Shown here: positions 1 through 13,499 of the stretch, one piece after another
Numbering within the stretch: the stretch's first letter is position 1
How the letters are laid out: every line of letters starts with the position of its first letter
DNA from: Felis catus
Lineage: Eukaryota
DNA: 64,000 bases
Assembly: GCF_018350175.1 (NCBI RefSeq)
Contig: NC_058368.1
Span: 61,320,001 to 61,384,000 of the forward strand
Reading direction: 5' to 3'
Position numbers and translations under genes: made by a program
Notes under the pieces: generated by a model
Database searches by the model: none
Told to the model about the DNA's origin: nothing
The model's input: the letters and a program-made list of their open reading frames with translations, nothing else

Positions 1-1954
1 CAATGAATGTGAGATTAATGAAAATTGGTGTCCCTGGTAAAGTATGTTGACCATAAGTAATGTATGTTTTGTAATTTTTACATTTTTATTTGATGCAAAA
101 ACATCAATGCACTGCTGTTATCAGTGCCAATCACAAATATGTGTGTTTTCCTTTTTTATTTAGTGTCTTCATTTGTATATATAAATGCTTATCTAGAATA
201 TATTGAATGAGAGCATATTTTATAGATATGTATCAGTTATCAGGCAAAAGGTTAAAACTATATTGTTTTTAAAAAACATTCTAAGTTAAATTTATTTCTT
301 TTGGATCATTTTTTACTTTTGCATTTTTCATATTAAATGGGTCTTGATCCATTTTAATTTTTAAAAATTTTCAAAGTATCCCTGAAATAATTTAATGTAA
401 TACTCAGAAATTCCTTAAATCATTAATTGGCCAGAGAAAAACTTCACTCCTGCCAGACTTTCTTGAATCCAAAATAATAGTTCAGGGAATATCTTCTACC
501 AACCAACATATTGCTGAAGGGTGTCCACCTGCCAAACAGTGAAATGAAGTAACACATCTTGGCAAACTTTGAAAGGAGAAAAAGCTTCAAAAATTTGTAA
601 ATGTATTTTATTATTTGAAGATACTTGGCACCTGTCATTTTTGTGTTGTTTCCTTTTTTTGTAGAAAAGAAGTTCCTTCCATGTCTGACAGCTTTCTCAA
701 GGTCAGTGGAGTGATTCTTTTTTTTACAGTAGAATTTCACTTATTTTGATTTCTAAGAGGAAAAAAAAAATCAAGCCTCAGTGTGTATTCTCAGAGATTT
801 GTGCCAGGTCTATTATCCGGCCCCACTTCTCAGAGATCCTTAACTCTGCTGGCCCTGAACATGGTTTACCAATGACAATGGTGCCAGTGAACAGAACTGA
901 GGTAAAGGAAATTGATTAAGTCTTGCAATTAGTAGAATAGGCTCCAGCTAGCACTGCAATAGAGTATATATCGAGGTATTTGGACTGAGATCAAATCTTA
1001 ATATCAGGTCTTAATATCTTAAGACCTCTACGAAATGGCCTGGTCTGGAAGGTTATGCAAAAATTTCTAGGATGAGGACTAACTTATGGGCATTTGAATG
1101 TTTGAGGTAGTGAGGTGAGAGGAAATCATAATTCATGAGCTATTTTCAAACCAGAGAAGTATTAGAATATGCAAATAAATGTATATGAATGAGAAAGAGT
1201 TTCATGTGATGTGAAATTTTGAAATGTGATTTTACAGTTTGACCTTAATTCAAGTATGTTTATGTATGTGTATATTATATATATATATAATATTATGTTA
1301 TGTTATATTATATTATTTATGTAACACACACACACAAATATATATAAACAAAGCATGTCTTTATTGTAAAATAAGAATGTCACTAACCTATATTTGGGAT
1401 TTACATTTTTATTAATCCTTGGTTATAATGAAATTAGGTTAATAAGTGTTGTTCTATAGCTTCTGGAGTGACATGTTTGTAACAATGTAGGATCAGATGA
1501 GTAAACTGAGAATGATGAATATTCATTTTCAGGTGTTTTTCACTATTACATTAAAAAATATAATATTCCACCAAGTGGGTTATTACTGAAGTTCTTATGC
1601 TAAAAATTAAATACTTAATAATGACATCTATCTGGTACTTTTGACATATATGAGTATCTTCAGTAGCCTCAAGATACAATCTGAAATTATCAAAACATGA
1701 AAAAAAATTATAGGACTAAAATACAGAGACATAGATACAAGTAAAGAAGCAACCTAAAACTGAGGTTATTTGGTTTGACACCTCTCTTGTCTAGTCTGAT
1801 TGGTTTATATGTCATAATTATTTCTTATTGTTTCTTAAAAGATTATTACTGCAAATATCATAAAATGATAAATAACCCTAGAAGTTCCCAATAGTAGAAG
1901 CAGACATGTTAAACATGGAATTGTTTTAAAAGTCTTTGGTTAAAGACCTTCTAG

Positions 1955-2178
1955 ATACTGTGTGGAAACCAGCTCAGATCAGATCAGCAGACACAATTAT
2001 TGTCATTTTTTTTTTTTTTTTAAAACTACATGTTTGCCGATGTCAGGGTGTAGCTTGAAAGTGACGATGGTGGAACTATTTACACCACAGAAATTGGCAA
2101 ATGTTAAAATACCAGGCCTTTATTTTTTTCTTAATTTCTTTGAGTGTTGGCTATTAAATATTTTGCAGCATACTAGCA
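1955..2178 (+). mobile_element. MER63-like non-autonomous hAT DNA transposon relic
   Basis: Contains GTAGCTTGAAA..GATGGTGGAACTATTTACACCACAGAAATTGGCAAATG, matching the MER63 subterminal motif as I recall it; ends are degenerate. Confidence 0.6.
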
Positions 2179-4958
2179 GATCAGTGTAATAAATTAAAAA
2201 AAAATTAACATTATGTAGAATCAGTTAAATATGTGTTTTATTTGTTGCTACATATGGGGTAAGGATATAAAGTTGCTTTTAGTTAAATACTTAAAGATGT
2301 CTACTAAAAGAGAAAGCATGAAACTTACTAACTGGTACAGTGTCAATAATGAGATGCTTTGCAAGTACTGCTTAAAATTTCCTCATGGCAAGGTAAGTTA
2401 TATTTTAAGAAAACGAATGTAAATAAGTGTGAATTTAAGTTCCTTCATAAAAGTCTCTTTGGAGAAAACAAGTCATCAAACCTCGGTTTCATTTCCTTAA
2501 CTTAAAGGTTATTTAATGAAAGTGTAGTCTTGGTAAGTGTACATGTTTTTTATGAGACACTCTATCAGAATTATAGGTGAATAAAGTCTTTAATGATATA
2601 AACTGCATTGCTAAAAGGATAAAAAGTAGATTGAAAGTTAAGATGAGTCAGATTTGGAAAACAAGTTAAAATGAAACTCAACCTACATTATGCTTATTTC
2701 TCAATATTTTATCATTTATATTATTTAAAGGACCATGATTATTCTGTTTCAATTTAATGCTTCAAATGTGTCCCTTTAAAACTTTGCTATTTTTGTTATT
2801 AAAACAATCTTCTAATATTTAATTAGAGAAGCAGCATTTCTAATTATTTCTACTTAAATTTTATGTTTCAATCTAAACATGTTTTATGATTAAATTAAGC
2901 ATGTATCTTCAGTGATATGTAGGTCACATACAACTTGCCTCTTTTAAACTTAATGACCTAATACATTCTTTTATACTTTGTCCAGGAGTTTTGACTCCTT
3001 CTAAATAAATTTAAAAAAAAATTTTTCAACTACCATTTGTTTATATATACATGACTATTTCATATCTGTATTGAATTAACAAATCATTTCAAATGATTTA
3101 AATAAGCAATGTATACAGTAACATATATTGTTTTATTATTTTGCTTGTAATTTAGACAAACTTAAGATTCTACCCTACTAGGGGAAAAAAAAAAAAAAAA
3201 AGTAGACACCAGCCATAAAATCCATGGAATGGAGAACAGTCTTCATTGCCTGGGAAGAAGATTGGGATAACTCTGCTGAGTTAGAATAACGGGTAGTGAT
3301 GTTCTCCATTGAAAGTGGTGTATTTTAAAGTACAAAACATCAACAGATTTCTCACCTTGGGACTAGGACACTTCCCCAATAGCATGAACCCTTTAAAATT
3401 GCAAAATTTAAATAAGGTGGAAAATTAATATAAATCTTTTGGATAAAATCCTAGATTTCCTAGATCTTCAAAAAAGCTATTATTAAGTACCTCCTAAAAA
3501 TGAGTTGTCTTAGAGTTCAGAGGATAGAGTATTTGCCTAACAGCATTGTAGCAAAGATTAGAGAGCATGAATGGAAAGACAATAATTAAGAAGCAACAAT
3601 CATTAGCTGCTTTCTTGATTTGCTTAGAATTTGTGATCTAAAGGAACATTTTCTCATATATCCATTATTGTTGCTCTCTAAATGCTATATTAATAGCATA
3701 TTTATTTTAGATTCTGCTAGCTACAGTTGGACAAAGTTTTAATAAACTCAGATAAGAAAAGTGTAATGTTGAATTCCTCTGCAGCATTCCTGGCTAATTT
3801 CCCTCCACCTTTGCTTTCTTTTCCTGGCCTCAGAGTTCATTCCCTCCTAGCTCTGCCCTATAAATTAGAAGCACTTTTATCTGAAGCTGTCAACCCAGTC
3901 CTTCAAAGATTATTCTAAACTAGTCAGCCTTATCTATAGGGAGGGGCAGGGAGTGGCCTGGGGCACTAATGTTTTCAAAGGGCTCTCAGAGCATTGAGGC
4001 TGTAATGAGAGGGAGTCTTGTCAAATGTGCTCCAATTAAATGTTACAGACTTCCCCCAGGAACAGCTTCTTTCTTTTGGGAATTTAGTGCTGTTTGGTAA
4101 CTTGATTCCTGGGGCTAACACAGTATTTTTTTTTTTTTTTTTTCCCCTGACATGACAGAAGAGAGTAAATCCAAAGGAAGATATTCTTTCCTATCTTGTC
4201 AGGACTCAGAAATTCACTGCCAACACAAGTCAGTTTGTGCTCAGGCGGCTTTCTTAGTAAATGATTCTAAGCAAAGTGAAAGCTTACGCTTTGCTGTCAG
4301 CCTCAAGAGTTCCAGTCCTTACACTGACCTAGCCGACCTGTGTGACTCAAGAGACCCCTCAATGAGAGGGGCTGTGTTTACATTTATTCACAATTGACCA
4401 CTCTTCTCCTACTGGCTTTAAAATATTGAAGCATACATAGAAATTCACACACACACACACAAACTTGCTCCTAGAATACATTAGATTTCCGCACACTTAG
4501 TGAATTTCCACCAACGGTTGTAAATGATTTTAAAATATATTTTAAATACGTAACTCTACCTTTTCATTTGCTTAGAATTGCTAGTTGCAAGGAAGCCTAA
4601 TTTTGATCAAGTACTTCACCCTCTCCATTTCTTCAGGCAACTGGAGACTACTTAACTTATAAACAGCTAATTGTATTCATCTTAAGATACAACTGAAGTG
4701 AAATATAGCCTATTTTCTTAACTTTATGTAATGGCAGTAATAGAAGTTGCAAACCACATTTTATTCCTAATTATAGAATTTGACAGTATCCTTAGAAAAT
4801 CAAAAAATTAGAACAGTAAAATGTTCAGATAAGAAATATCAGAGTTCCAGTAATATGTCAGAGCGTTAAAAACATGCTTAAAATATCGTAATTCATAACG
4901 TAATATTTTTAAAATACATTTTAATCTAAAGGTAAAAAATACCTGAAATGTAATCCTG

Positions 4959-5196
4959 TTTTTATTTTTTATTTATTTTTTTAAATGTTTATTTATTTAC
5001 TTACAGAGAGAGAGACAGAACAAGAGAACGAGCAGGGAAAGGGCAGAGAGAGAGAGAGAGAGAGAGTGAGAGGATACAAAGCAGGCTCTGCACGGACAGC
5101 CCTGACTCAGGGTTTGAATCCAAGAACACTGTGAGGCCATGACCTGAGCAGAAATCAAGAGTTGAATGCTTAACCAACTGAGCCACCCAGGTGCCC
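4959..5196 (-). mobile_element. Can-SINE (tRNA-derived)
   Basis: Reverse-complement head (CTGAGCCACCCAGGTGCCC), (GA)n tract and T-rich tail. Confidence 0.95.
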
Positions 5197-5449
5197 TACA
5201 AGCTCAGTCTTTATTGGCTAATTTAAAGTGGAAGAGTAGGAATTAGGGCATGGGAAGGAAGGAAGCAGGGCCACTCAAGCAGCTATCTAGATTTTCTAAG
5301 GCTTTCTAAGGGGTACTTCAAGGGTGGAAGCAGCCTAATTTCTTATCTGGATATTTTGCTAGTAGCTGTATCACACAGCGGGCAGTATTTTTATTCAAGA
5401 TGGATGTCCTTGAAATGGATGCCTGGCAATCAAAAGCATGATGTCAGGC

Positions 5450-5905
5450 ACCTACACTGTGGACAGCTTTTCTCTCTGTTCCATATGGATTGACACTGGG
5501 CTGACATAGAAGGCTGAAATATTCAAGGTGATATCATTACTCATCTGTTTTTTACTCAATTGGAATGACTAGAACAGTCCAGGGCTGGTCAGACATCTCT
5601 TTCTCTTTTTCCCACATGGCCTCCCTATGTGGCTAGCTTGGGCTTTCACACAGCATGATGGTCTCACAATTTCTTACATGCTAACTCCAGAGCACAAAGT
5701 TGGACACTACCAAGCATTTTAAATGCTTGTTCATAAAAGTTCCAGAATGCTACTTCCTTTTAATTCTGTTGGTCCTAGTAGTCACAAGGTGACTCATTCA
5801 AAAGATGAAATAGACTTCATCTCTTGATTAGAGAACATTAAGGTAACATTGCAAAAGAGCACATGGAATGGGAGTTGTATCATTTTAGGACACATGGTCT
5901 GCCAA
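5450..5905 (-). mobile_element. Old MaLR LTR relic (MLT1H/I-like)
   Basis: Motifs CCACATGGCCTCC..GCTAGCTTGGGCTT..CACAGCATG and TTCTGTTGGTC..AGTCACAAG..AATAGACTTCATCTCTTGAT. Confidence 0.6.
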
Positions 5906-6077
5906 ACTCTTTAAGATTGATTTCTATGAAAGATGACAATTCATTCTAGCATAACCAAGAGTTAAATGTGATAAATATGCTAAAGAGAGAAATATGAGTC
6001 ACTGATAAAACCTGAATTGTTGAGGGAAAAGTCAGAGTACAAGATGGAGTTTCTCATTAAGATTTCTCTAAGTTCCA

Positions 6078-6303
6078 GGGGTGCCTGGGTGGCTCAGTTG
6101 GTTAAGCACCCAACTTCGGCTCAGGTTGTGATCTCTCAGTTCTTGAGTTTGAGCCCCATGTTGGGCTCTGTGCCGACAGCTGGGAGCCTGGAACTTGCTT
6201 CAAATTCTGTGTCTCCTGCTCTCTCTGACCCTCCCCTGCTTGTGCTCTGTCTCTCTCTTTCTCTTGCAAAAATAAATAAACATTTAAAAATTTTTTTAAA
6301 AAG
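6078..6303 (+). mobile_element. Can-SINE with 15-bp TSD
   Basis: GGGGTGCCTGGGTGGCTCAG head, CT tract, A tail; TSD GATTTCTCTAAGTTC at 6061-6075 and 6304-6318. Confidence 0.97.
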
Positions 6304-6629
6304 GATTTCTCTAAGTTCTATATCCATCTCTTCTTAGACTCATATTTATATTGTGGATTAAGGGGGTAAAATATAAGTAAAATTATTTTAATAGTACTGC
6401 TTCATTAAAAATCCTGTAAGACAAAAAAAAAAAAAAAATCCCATAAGGCATACCATCACAAGTAGTACTGCTTTGGTATTCTTGTGGAAAAAATATTAAT
6501 AACAAAGTGGCAGATAAGTATCTTTCCCCCTAGTGCAACTTCTACAATTCAACAATTCCTAATAGCACACCTCCCATTTAGGTAAAACCAAGACTCTAAC
6601 TGATAGCTGGCAGAAATGGATAATTTAGT

Positions 6630-7310
6630 GGACATGGTGAATGAAGGTAGAGGAATCGGCATCCACATCCACAATCTTTCCGCTGTGATATAGTTTCCTA
6701 TACTACATAGGTTAGTTTATATTTCCCAGAGTCTGGGAAATATCTAGAGATATTCAAGTGAGTCAGGTATAAATATAAACAATTCCATAAGGCAGAAAGA
6801 GGCAAGAACCATCTTGCTGTCCTTTTTTTCTTTTTTTTTTAATCCCCCTGCTCATTTGCAGGCATGAAGATATTAGGCATTTTTACAACAGCCTTCCAGT
6901 GTACAGTCACTGGCTTTGCCGATGTTGATAGTCTTTGCAGTGGCACAATGTTTATCTGATCTATGGCTTATACCTAGACATCATGTAATTGAAATCAAGA
7001 GTTCCAGTGCCGGGGATAGTTTCCTGATTCCTACCTTCCTGCATAGGGTTAGTCTAGAATCCACCCATCTAGTTCTTCTAATAATGTCGCTAATATCTAA
7101 TCCCTTGATAGTAAATTATTTGCTGCTTGAAACTGTTGAAATGTTTTTTCCTTCCTGTAGTCAAATTCTGCCTAAGATAGCCAGTATCATATGTGTTGAT
7201 GGGGAAAGGGAGTTCTCTTACCTGGTGACCCAGTACCATGCAAGAACAGCATGCATGGCACCCAGCAGGGTCAGCTGTCCTTGTGAAGTGAAGCAAAAAT
7301 AGTCAAGGAA
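6630..7310 (-). mobile_element. Possible highly decayed ERV-L-type pol (RNase H region) relic
   Basis: Minus-strand translation gives weak matches to ERV-L motifs (GWILD, HWKA, IFPDS for IFTDS). Confidence 0.3.
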
Positions 7311-7519
7311 AGCCACTGGGGTTTTGTAAGGTAGCTGACCAGATTTCCCCTTAAACACCTGTGAGATAACTGAGAGAGATTTTAACAGAAAAATTTAAGA
7401 GACTACAAAAGAGTACACAACTACCAGTTGTATAAAGTTCTGTCTTTCTTAAATAAGTGCTTTTGGATTAATTCTGAGAAGCAGATGGAAAGAGTTGGCA
7501 TTTAGGACTGGTTCAATAT

Positions 7520-8330
7520 TTTTTTAATAACTTTATTGAAATGTTGATGTATAATTTGTATATTAGAATATACACCTCAATAAATTTTCATGTAAGTATA
7601 ATACATTGAAACCATCACCTACATCCAAATAATGAATATATCCATCATCCATAGTGGTTTTCTCATGACCTTTGGAAACTCTCCCTCATGTCTTCCTTGT
7701 GTCTGTTCTCAGCCCTCTACTCCACCTCTAGCATCAACACCAGCAACAACTGATCTGCTGTCACTTTAGATTAGTTTGCAATTTTAGAACGTTTTATTTG
7801 TTTTTGAGAGAGAGAGAAAGAATGAGAGCGCATGAATGAGAAAGGGGCGGGGAAGGGGGGCGGCAGGAGAGGATCCAAAGCAGGTTCTGCAGTGACAGAA
7901 GAGAGCCTGATTTGGGGCTTGAACTCATGAACCGTGAGATCATGACAAGAGCCAAAGTCAGACACAATGGACTGAGCCACCCTGGTGCCCCTGCAATTTT
8001 TAGAATTTATATTCTTAGTATCATACAGTACCTACTTTTCTTTTCCTCTGCTTCTTCCACTTGGCATAATTAATTTGAAATTCATCCTTGTCGATTGTCT
8101 ATATTAATAGTTCAATTATTTTTATTGATGAGTAGTATTCTACTGTGTGGATGTACTACAGTATATTTATTCGTTCATTGGTTGAATTTGGGTTATTTCC
8201 AGTATGAGACTATTATAAATAAAGCTGCTGGGAATATTCATGTACATGTACTTATATGTATACCCTTTTATTTATCTTGTATAATTATCTAAAAGTGAAA
8301 TAGTTAGATAATATAATAGGTATTTGCGTT
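7520..8330 (-). mobile_element. Old L1M 3'-end relic, interrupted by a SINE
   Basis: Typical antisense L1M 3' text: AACTTTATTGA, AACTGATCTG, TTCATCCTTG, TATAAATAAAGCTGCT. Confidence 0.7.
7790..7991 (-). mobile_element. Can-SINE
   Basis: Antisense head ends GTGCCCC at 7991; TSD TGCAATTTT(T)AGAA on both sides. Confidence 0.93.
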
Positions 8331-8578
8331 CCTATTCACAGCTTGAGTTTTACCAAATTATATTCCCACTAAATATTTCACTTTTAAAAATATATAAAGT
8401 GAAATCTGACTAACACTGATCTGATCTAACATATTTTTCATTTATGTGCTCATACACATATTTGATACACATACAAATGTGTCTTTATAATTAATATAAA
8501 TAAAAATCTATATACATTTTACCAATATGGTATGCAGCTTATTATTTATGTTTTCATGTCAATAAAAATAAGATTATT

Positions 8579-8794
8579 GGGGCACCAGGGGGGCTCAGTC
8601 AGTTGAGCATCTGAATCTTGACTTCAGCTCAGGTCATGATCTCAAGATCATGAGGTGGAGTCCCCGTGTTGGGCTCAGTACTAGGCATGGAACCTGCTTG
8701 GGATTTTCTCTCTCTCTCTTTCTCTGTCTCTATCTCTCTGCCACCCCACTCCCCACTGCCCTTACCCCCACGCACGCACAAAGGGGAAAAAAAA
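8579..8794 (+). mobile_element. Can-SINE (older type)
   Basis: GGGGCACC..GGCTCAGTCAGTT head, CAGGTCATGATCTC, CT tract, A tail. Confidence 0.92.
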
Positions 8795-9457
8795 GAAATA
8801 TTTACTGTAATCTGTTTTCAGGCTGTATTTCATTATGTATTCTCATCACACACTACAAGATAAAGTTATTTTGTTTCCCATGGTTGACTTATCAATTGGA
8901 TTTCAGATATTTAATTCACAATTTTGGATGACTGTAAGCTATGGCTTAATATACAATGATGTATGAGACATAGGGATTATGATATCATCGTGTTCACCTT
9001 ATTAACAGAGCTGCTTAGGTCCCCACAATGGGAAATGGATTTAGTGATGGAAAATATTATACTTTACTGAGAGCAGAATGGAGAAATAAATGCATATAGG
9101 AGAAAGGCTAGGAAACAGTTTGTTAGTGCTATTTAAAATAAAAACTTTTTATTTATTATCATATAGTCACTGGCATTTCCTTTTCTTTGTGGAAACTTTT
9201 AATGATTTTAGATAAAAATGTAAACAATATATTACATTTGTTTTTGTAAGTTTTTCAAATCTCTGAATTTTTTCAAGTAATTTAATACCAACATTAGAAT
9301 ATTCTTATATTTTAATTTTAGTCCTTTTACTTATTGCCATCTGGTTTGATTTTTTTTTTAAATAAAAATAAGAAAGAGAGGAGCCAAAGATGGAAGGAAG
9401 GGAAAAATTAAAAAATAAAACTGGTAAGTGTTGCTTCTTATATCTAAAATAACCACA

Positions 9458-9572
9458 GGGGCACCTGGGTGGCTCAGTTGGTTAAGCAATTTGACTCTCA
9501 GACTTACTCTCAGGGTTGTGATATCAAGCCCATGTGGAGCCTACTTTAAAAAATAATGATAATAAAATAAAA
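9458..9572 (+). mobile_element. Short Can-SINE lacking the CT tract
   Basis: GGGGCACCTGGGTGGCTCAGTTGGTTAAG head followed directly by GGAGCCTACTT and an A-rich tail. Confidence 0.85.
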
Positions 9573-9979
9573 TTACTAAAGTGTCCATTATTCTTAGTGG
9601 AAAAAATATTTAATAAAATCCATAACAAAAGCAACAGTAGTCCAAAAATGCAATTATATTAGTTATTACATTTAACCCTGATTATAACAGAAAATATTCT
9701 ACCTTTCAACATGATTTCTCAACCAGGATTTGCCTACTCAATGAAAATCAATTGTGTAATAGTACATTTACCATATTGATTAGCTGTAGAGTTATGCTGA
9801 AAAAAAGAACATGCATTCTTAGAGTTACTGTGTTATGATCTTTTCATTAGACCAACTCCTGCAGAATGTGCCAGAAAGCAGAGCATCCTTGAGTAGTCTG
9901 TTATTTTGTATATAAGGCAGACAGTGACTTCAAGATCATTTTCCTCTCTTACAGAAATAAGAGGGTCTGTGGATTTAAT

Positions 9980-10135
9980 CCACATTTCTGAAGTTCAGAT
10001 CTCTCATTTTACAAGTGATAATAATGTCTCCATTTGTCTGTGTCGCAAAGATAATCAGAGAATCAAGTCAAATGAGATCATTGAAGTAAAAGTACTTGGT
10101 TAACTTTCAAACCACTATAAAAATATGTTATGATT
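9980..10135 (+). mobile_element. MIR relic
   Basis: CTCATTTTACAAGTGATAATAAT and AAATGAGATCATTGAAGTAAAAGTACTT resemble the MIR core and 3' end. Confidence 0.45.
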
Positions 10136-10904
10136 TAGGGACATTGTCAGGTTTTATGTATGATGTTCTGCTTTTGAAAAGGCTAGTGTAAGGTTACAAT
10201 TCAATTTTTAGAATTGAATTACACATACAGATAGAGATATGAGTGCCATTCTCAGTACATCTCTTATATTAGCCCTTTATTATAGTTGTCATTTTTATCT
10301 TGATGGTCAGTAATAAATGTAATTTTTTAAAGTAATACAATACTAAGTAACTTTGTTCTTACCAAGAATTAGCCTTTCAGCTAGCAGTGTATTTGCTATA
10401 ACTCTGATTTGGGGCTTTGGGTAGTGTTATCTAATCAGAAATATTCCAAATATAAGGTGGCTTTTTAAAAAGAGTATTGTATTTTATGACAAATGCACAG
10501 AAGAGGAAAATTAAAAGTTGAATTATCAGGAGATTTTTTGAGAAGAAGTCATGGTTGGAATAACTTAGACATTAAGAAAAATCAATGCTAGCTTTTACCT
10601 TTCCCTCAGGTTATCAAATTAAATAGGTTTTTACTTACATTTTAATAATCAGAGTTGTGTCAAGTACATAATATTAACAGATTGGGAAAAATGGTTGCAT
10701 TTTGTTCAGGCTTTTTGTTGCTGTTGTTCTTGTTCTTTTGAGAAGTCACATACCTAAAAATGTCTTAATTTTGTTTCGAACCTCATGGTAAAAGTAGATA
10801 TCCTGAAAATTCTACAATAAAATAACACATATGTTGATTAAATATGTTTTTAAAAATTGTCTAAAATGCATAGCTAAGAAGAAAATAACAAACCCCAGGG
10901 GTTA

Positions 10905-11030
10905 AATGAGAGAGGTAGAGTGAGAGAGAGAGAGAAAGAAAGAGAGAAATAGAAAGGGAAGATAAGAGAAGAGAGGAGACAAGAAGAAAAGAAAGAAGGG
11001 AGGAAGGAAGGAAGGACGGAAGGAAAGAAT
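10905..11030 (+). repeat. Purine-rich (GA/GGAA) low-complexity tract
   Basis: Directly visible. Confidence 0.9.
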
Positions 11031-11069
11031 ATTATAAAGGAAATTTAGTAATGTTGTTAAATATTAGGG

Positions 11070-12059
11070 TCACAAATGAAATCCCCATGAGTCACCAACA
11101 AAATGTAATTGGAAATGGCAACAAAAGCATAAGGGACCTAAGAATAAATCTAATAAAAGATGTGCATTACTTTATGTAAAAGTAAATTTTTATTGAATGA
11201 TTATAATAGAACTGAATAAAAGGAGAAATGTAGATTCATGGGTATAAAGATATAATGTAATAAAGCAATCAATAAATTCAATTATTTTTCCATTAAAAAT
11301 CCCAACTAATTCACGTTTGTGTGTGTGCATATTTGTATGTGAGAAACTAGATAAACATAATGTAAGTACATGGAAGAACAAAGAGCTAACAGCTGCTGTT
11401 TTCAATTAGGTTCTTCAGAAGAATTTATTCTAGAGTAGGTATGCTTGTGCAATTGATTTTATAAAGAACACATGCCAAGAAGAAACTAGTAAGAGACAAG
11501 GAGGGAGCCAAGCAAGACCATGATTCAGACCAAGTACCATAATAGATTTAGACTGGTTCCATACAAAAGCTCTAAAGTAAACTAGTTCAAAGTTGTTCTA
11601 TTATAATACAGTGGATGTTCTCTCATACTTCTGTACTAGTGCATTATTGGTTAGGGGCTAATTCTAGCTTTCTGTTTATGGACAAATCTGGGTTTAGTAG
11701 CACAAAGATATTAGGCCAAAAATTTATCTAAACTGAGGGATATATAAAATAGTTAAAAAGGAACCCCCACAATGTGTACACTATTTGTCAAAATAATTTT
11801 TAAGAACAAGATGGAAGGTATTTGTCTTGCCAGTCACCAAGAATTATAAAAATAGTGCAATTTATATGTTGTATTTGTGGAAAAAGAGAAAAATAGACCA
11901 GAGGACCAGAAACAAATCAGTGAATATTTGATAACTTGAGGGCTCCTGAGTGGCTCAGTCAGTGAGTGTCTGACTCTTGGTTTTGGCTCGGGTCATGATC
12001 CTGGGGTTGTGGGATTGAGCTCCACGTCAGGCCTTGTGCTGAGTGTGGGGGCTGCTTAA

Positions 12060-12111
<52 letters not shown>

Positions 12112-12800
12112 TTAAAATTAAAAAAATTAAAAATGAATATTTTATGACTTGAAATTATAAGAAAGATGTCTTTGCAAAATTAGGAGGAACAACAATGGAT
12201 TAAATGGTGTTGGGACAAATATCTGTCACATAAATAAAATACAGGTAGATTTCTCTTTCTTATTTATTTATCTATTAAATTATTATACCACAGGAATTTT
12301 AGAAGAAAACATAAAATAGGTTTTTAGTTAGGAAAATATTTCCTAAACAAGGCCTTGAAAGCAAAATCTCACAAAAATTCTAATAAATTAAACTACATTA
12401 ACGACTTTTTTTTGGTTTTCTGACTGTATGTAGATAAGTAAATAGTGGAAATACAAGGCAAAAATATAGGTGGAGAAGAGCTTTGCAATGTAACCAAAGA
12501 AGGACTAAATAGCTAATAATTAAAACATACTTAACCTCACTAGTAATCAAAGAGACAGCACCTTTTCTCCCCTCAAAAAAGGGAAAATAAAGGTAAACAA
12601 TCATGAAGTCATTATTTTTACTGACTATACCTAGAGTTGTTAGAGATATGAAAATAAAACAGATTTTCTTATATGTGTTGAAGAAAACTTGTTTGAACAT
12701 TTTGTAGACCATATGAAATAGTAAAGTTGAATATGAATATACAAAAAAAAAAGAGAGAGAGAGAGAAAACGAATGTACCCACGATATAGTCGTATCACTT
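11070..12800 (+). mobile_element. Old L1M ORF2 3'-region relic, interrupted
   Basis: CCTAAGAATAAATCTAATAAAAGATGTGC (LGINLTKDV-like), TTCATGGGTA, AAATGGTGTTGGGACAA (KWCWD) and ACCTCACTAGTAATCA occur in L1 order. Confidence 0.6.
11940..12133 (+). mobile_element. Can-SINE (older type) with expanded (CT)n
   Basis: Diverged head, (CT)n at 12062-12107; diverged TSD TGAATATTTGATAACTTGA / TGAATATTTTATGACTTGA. Confidence 0.93.
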
Positions 12801-12850
12801 CTAGAAGCATAGTACTTTTATAGAGTAGTACTTCTCTGGTATACTAATAT

Positions 12851-13289
12851 TGTTGAGGCCTCAACACAGCCTGTTCCAAAGATGTCACCTGAGGATGTTG
12901 GTCTTGTCAGGAGAAAGGACAGACAAAATAGAGTGGATGAGCAGCACAACTGGAAAGTTTATTAAAGTGAAAGTACACTCTTGAGACATGAGAGTGGGTT
13001 AGCTCAAGGGTTTGGGTTTTATTGACCATGTTAACAAGAGGGTGGAATATCATTACCCAAATGGGATTTCTTGGAAGCAGGGTTTCATGCTTTTTCTTCT
13101 TTCTTTGGTGGGGGGTTTCATCTCATGGCACCTACCATCTTGGGTCTGTCTGGTTTGATCAGGCTCCTTGTGCTTTTTTTGGAACACTGCCAGGACAGAC
13201 GTCTGACTTTCCAGATAACTGACCATGACTTCCTCTTTGCTGGCCTCCAGGCTCCCTATTAGAACCTAACTGAACTGCCTACTCTAACA
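12851..13289 (-). mobile_element. Solo LTR (ERV1-like, family unassigned)
   Basis: About 440 bp bounded by TGTT...AACA; minus-strand AATAAA at 12958-12963; more GC-rich than its flanks; no clear TSD. Confidence 0.6.
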
Positions 13290-13304
13290 GAACTTGTTAG
13301 AAAA

Positions 13305-13499
13305 CCTCCAAATATCATAGTTACTAGCTATATATGACTGTTTAAATTTACATTTATATAAACTAAAGTAAAAATTCAGTTATTCTGTCACACTAGCTAT
13401 ATTTTAAGTGTTCAGTGGCCACATATGGCTAGTGGCTACTGTTTTGGACAACACTGATATAGAAAATTTTATTATTACAGAAAAATCCATTAGCACTGC
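13305..13499 (-). mobile_element. MER3-like hAT-Charlie element
   Basis: AAAAATTCAGTT..GTCACACTAGC..AAGTGTTCAGTGGCCACATATGGCTAGTGGCTACTGTTTTGGACA; CTAGA-type target on the right. Confidence 0.8.

Noticed and set aside
444..740. 98-aa ORF as a host gene
   Set aside because: Non-ATG start, AT-driven composition, no recognisable domain and no convincing splice context.
6017..6337. Recurrent ORFs containing GAWVAQ.VK.PT.AQVMIS and similar peptides
   Set aside because: They are reading frames through Can-SINEs, not a gene family.
6916..7302. 128-aa hydrophobic ORF
   Set aside because: Non-ATG start and no recognisable family; probably the antisense frame of a decayed retroviral relic.
10198..10220. 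AATTCAATT..AATTGAATT hairpin
   Set aside because: Short AT-rich arms are expected by chance at this base composition.
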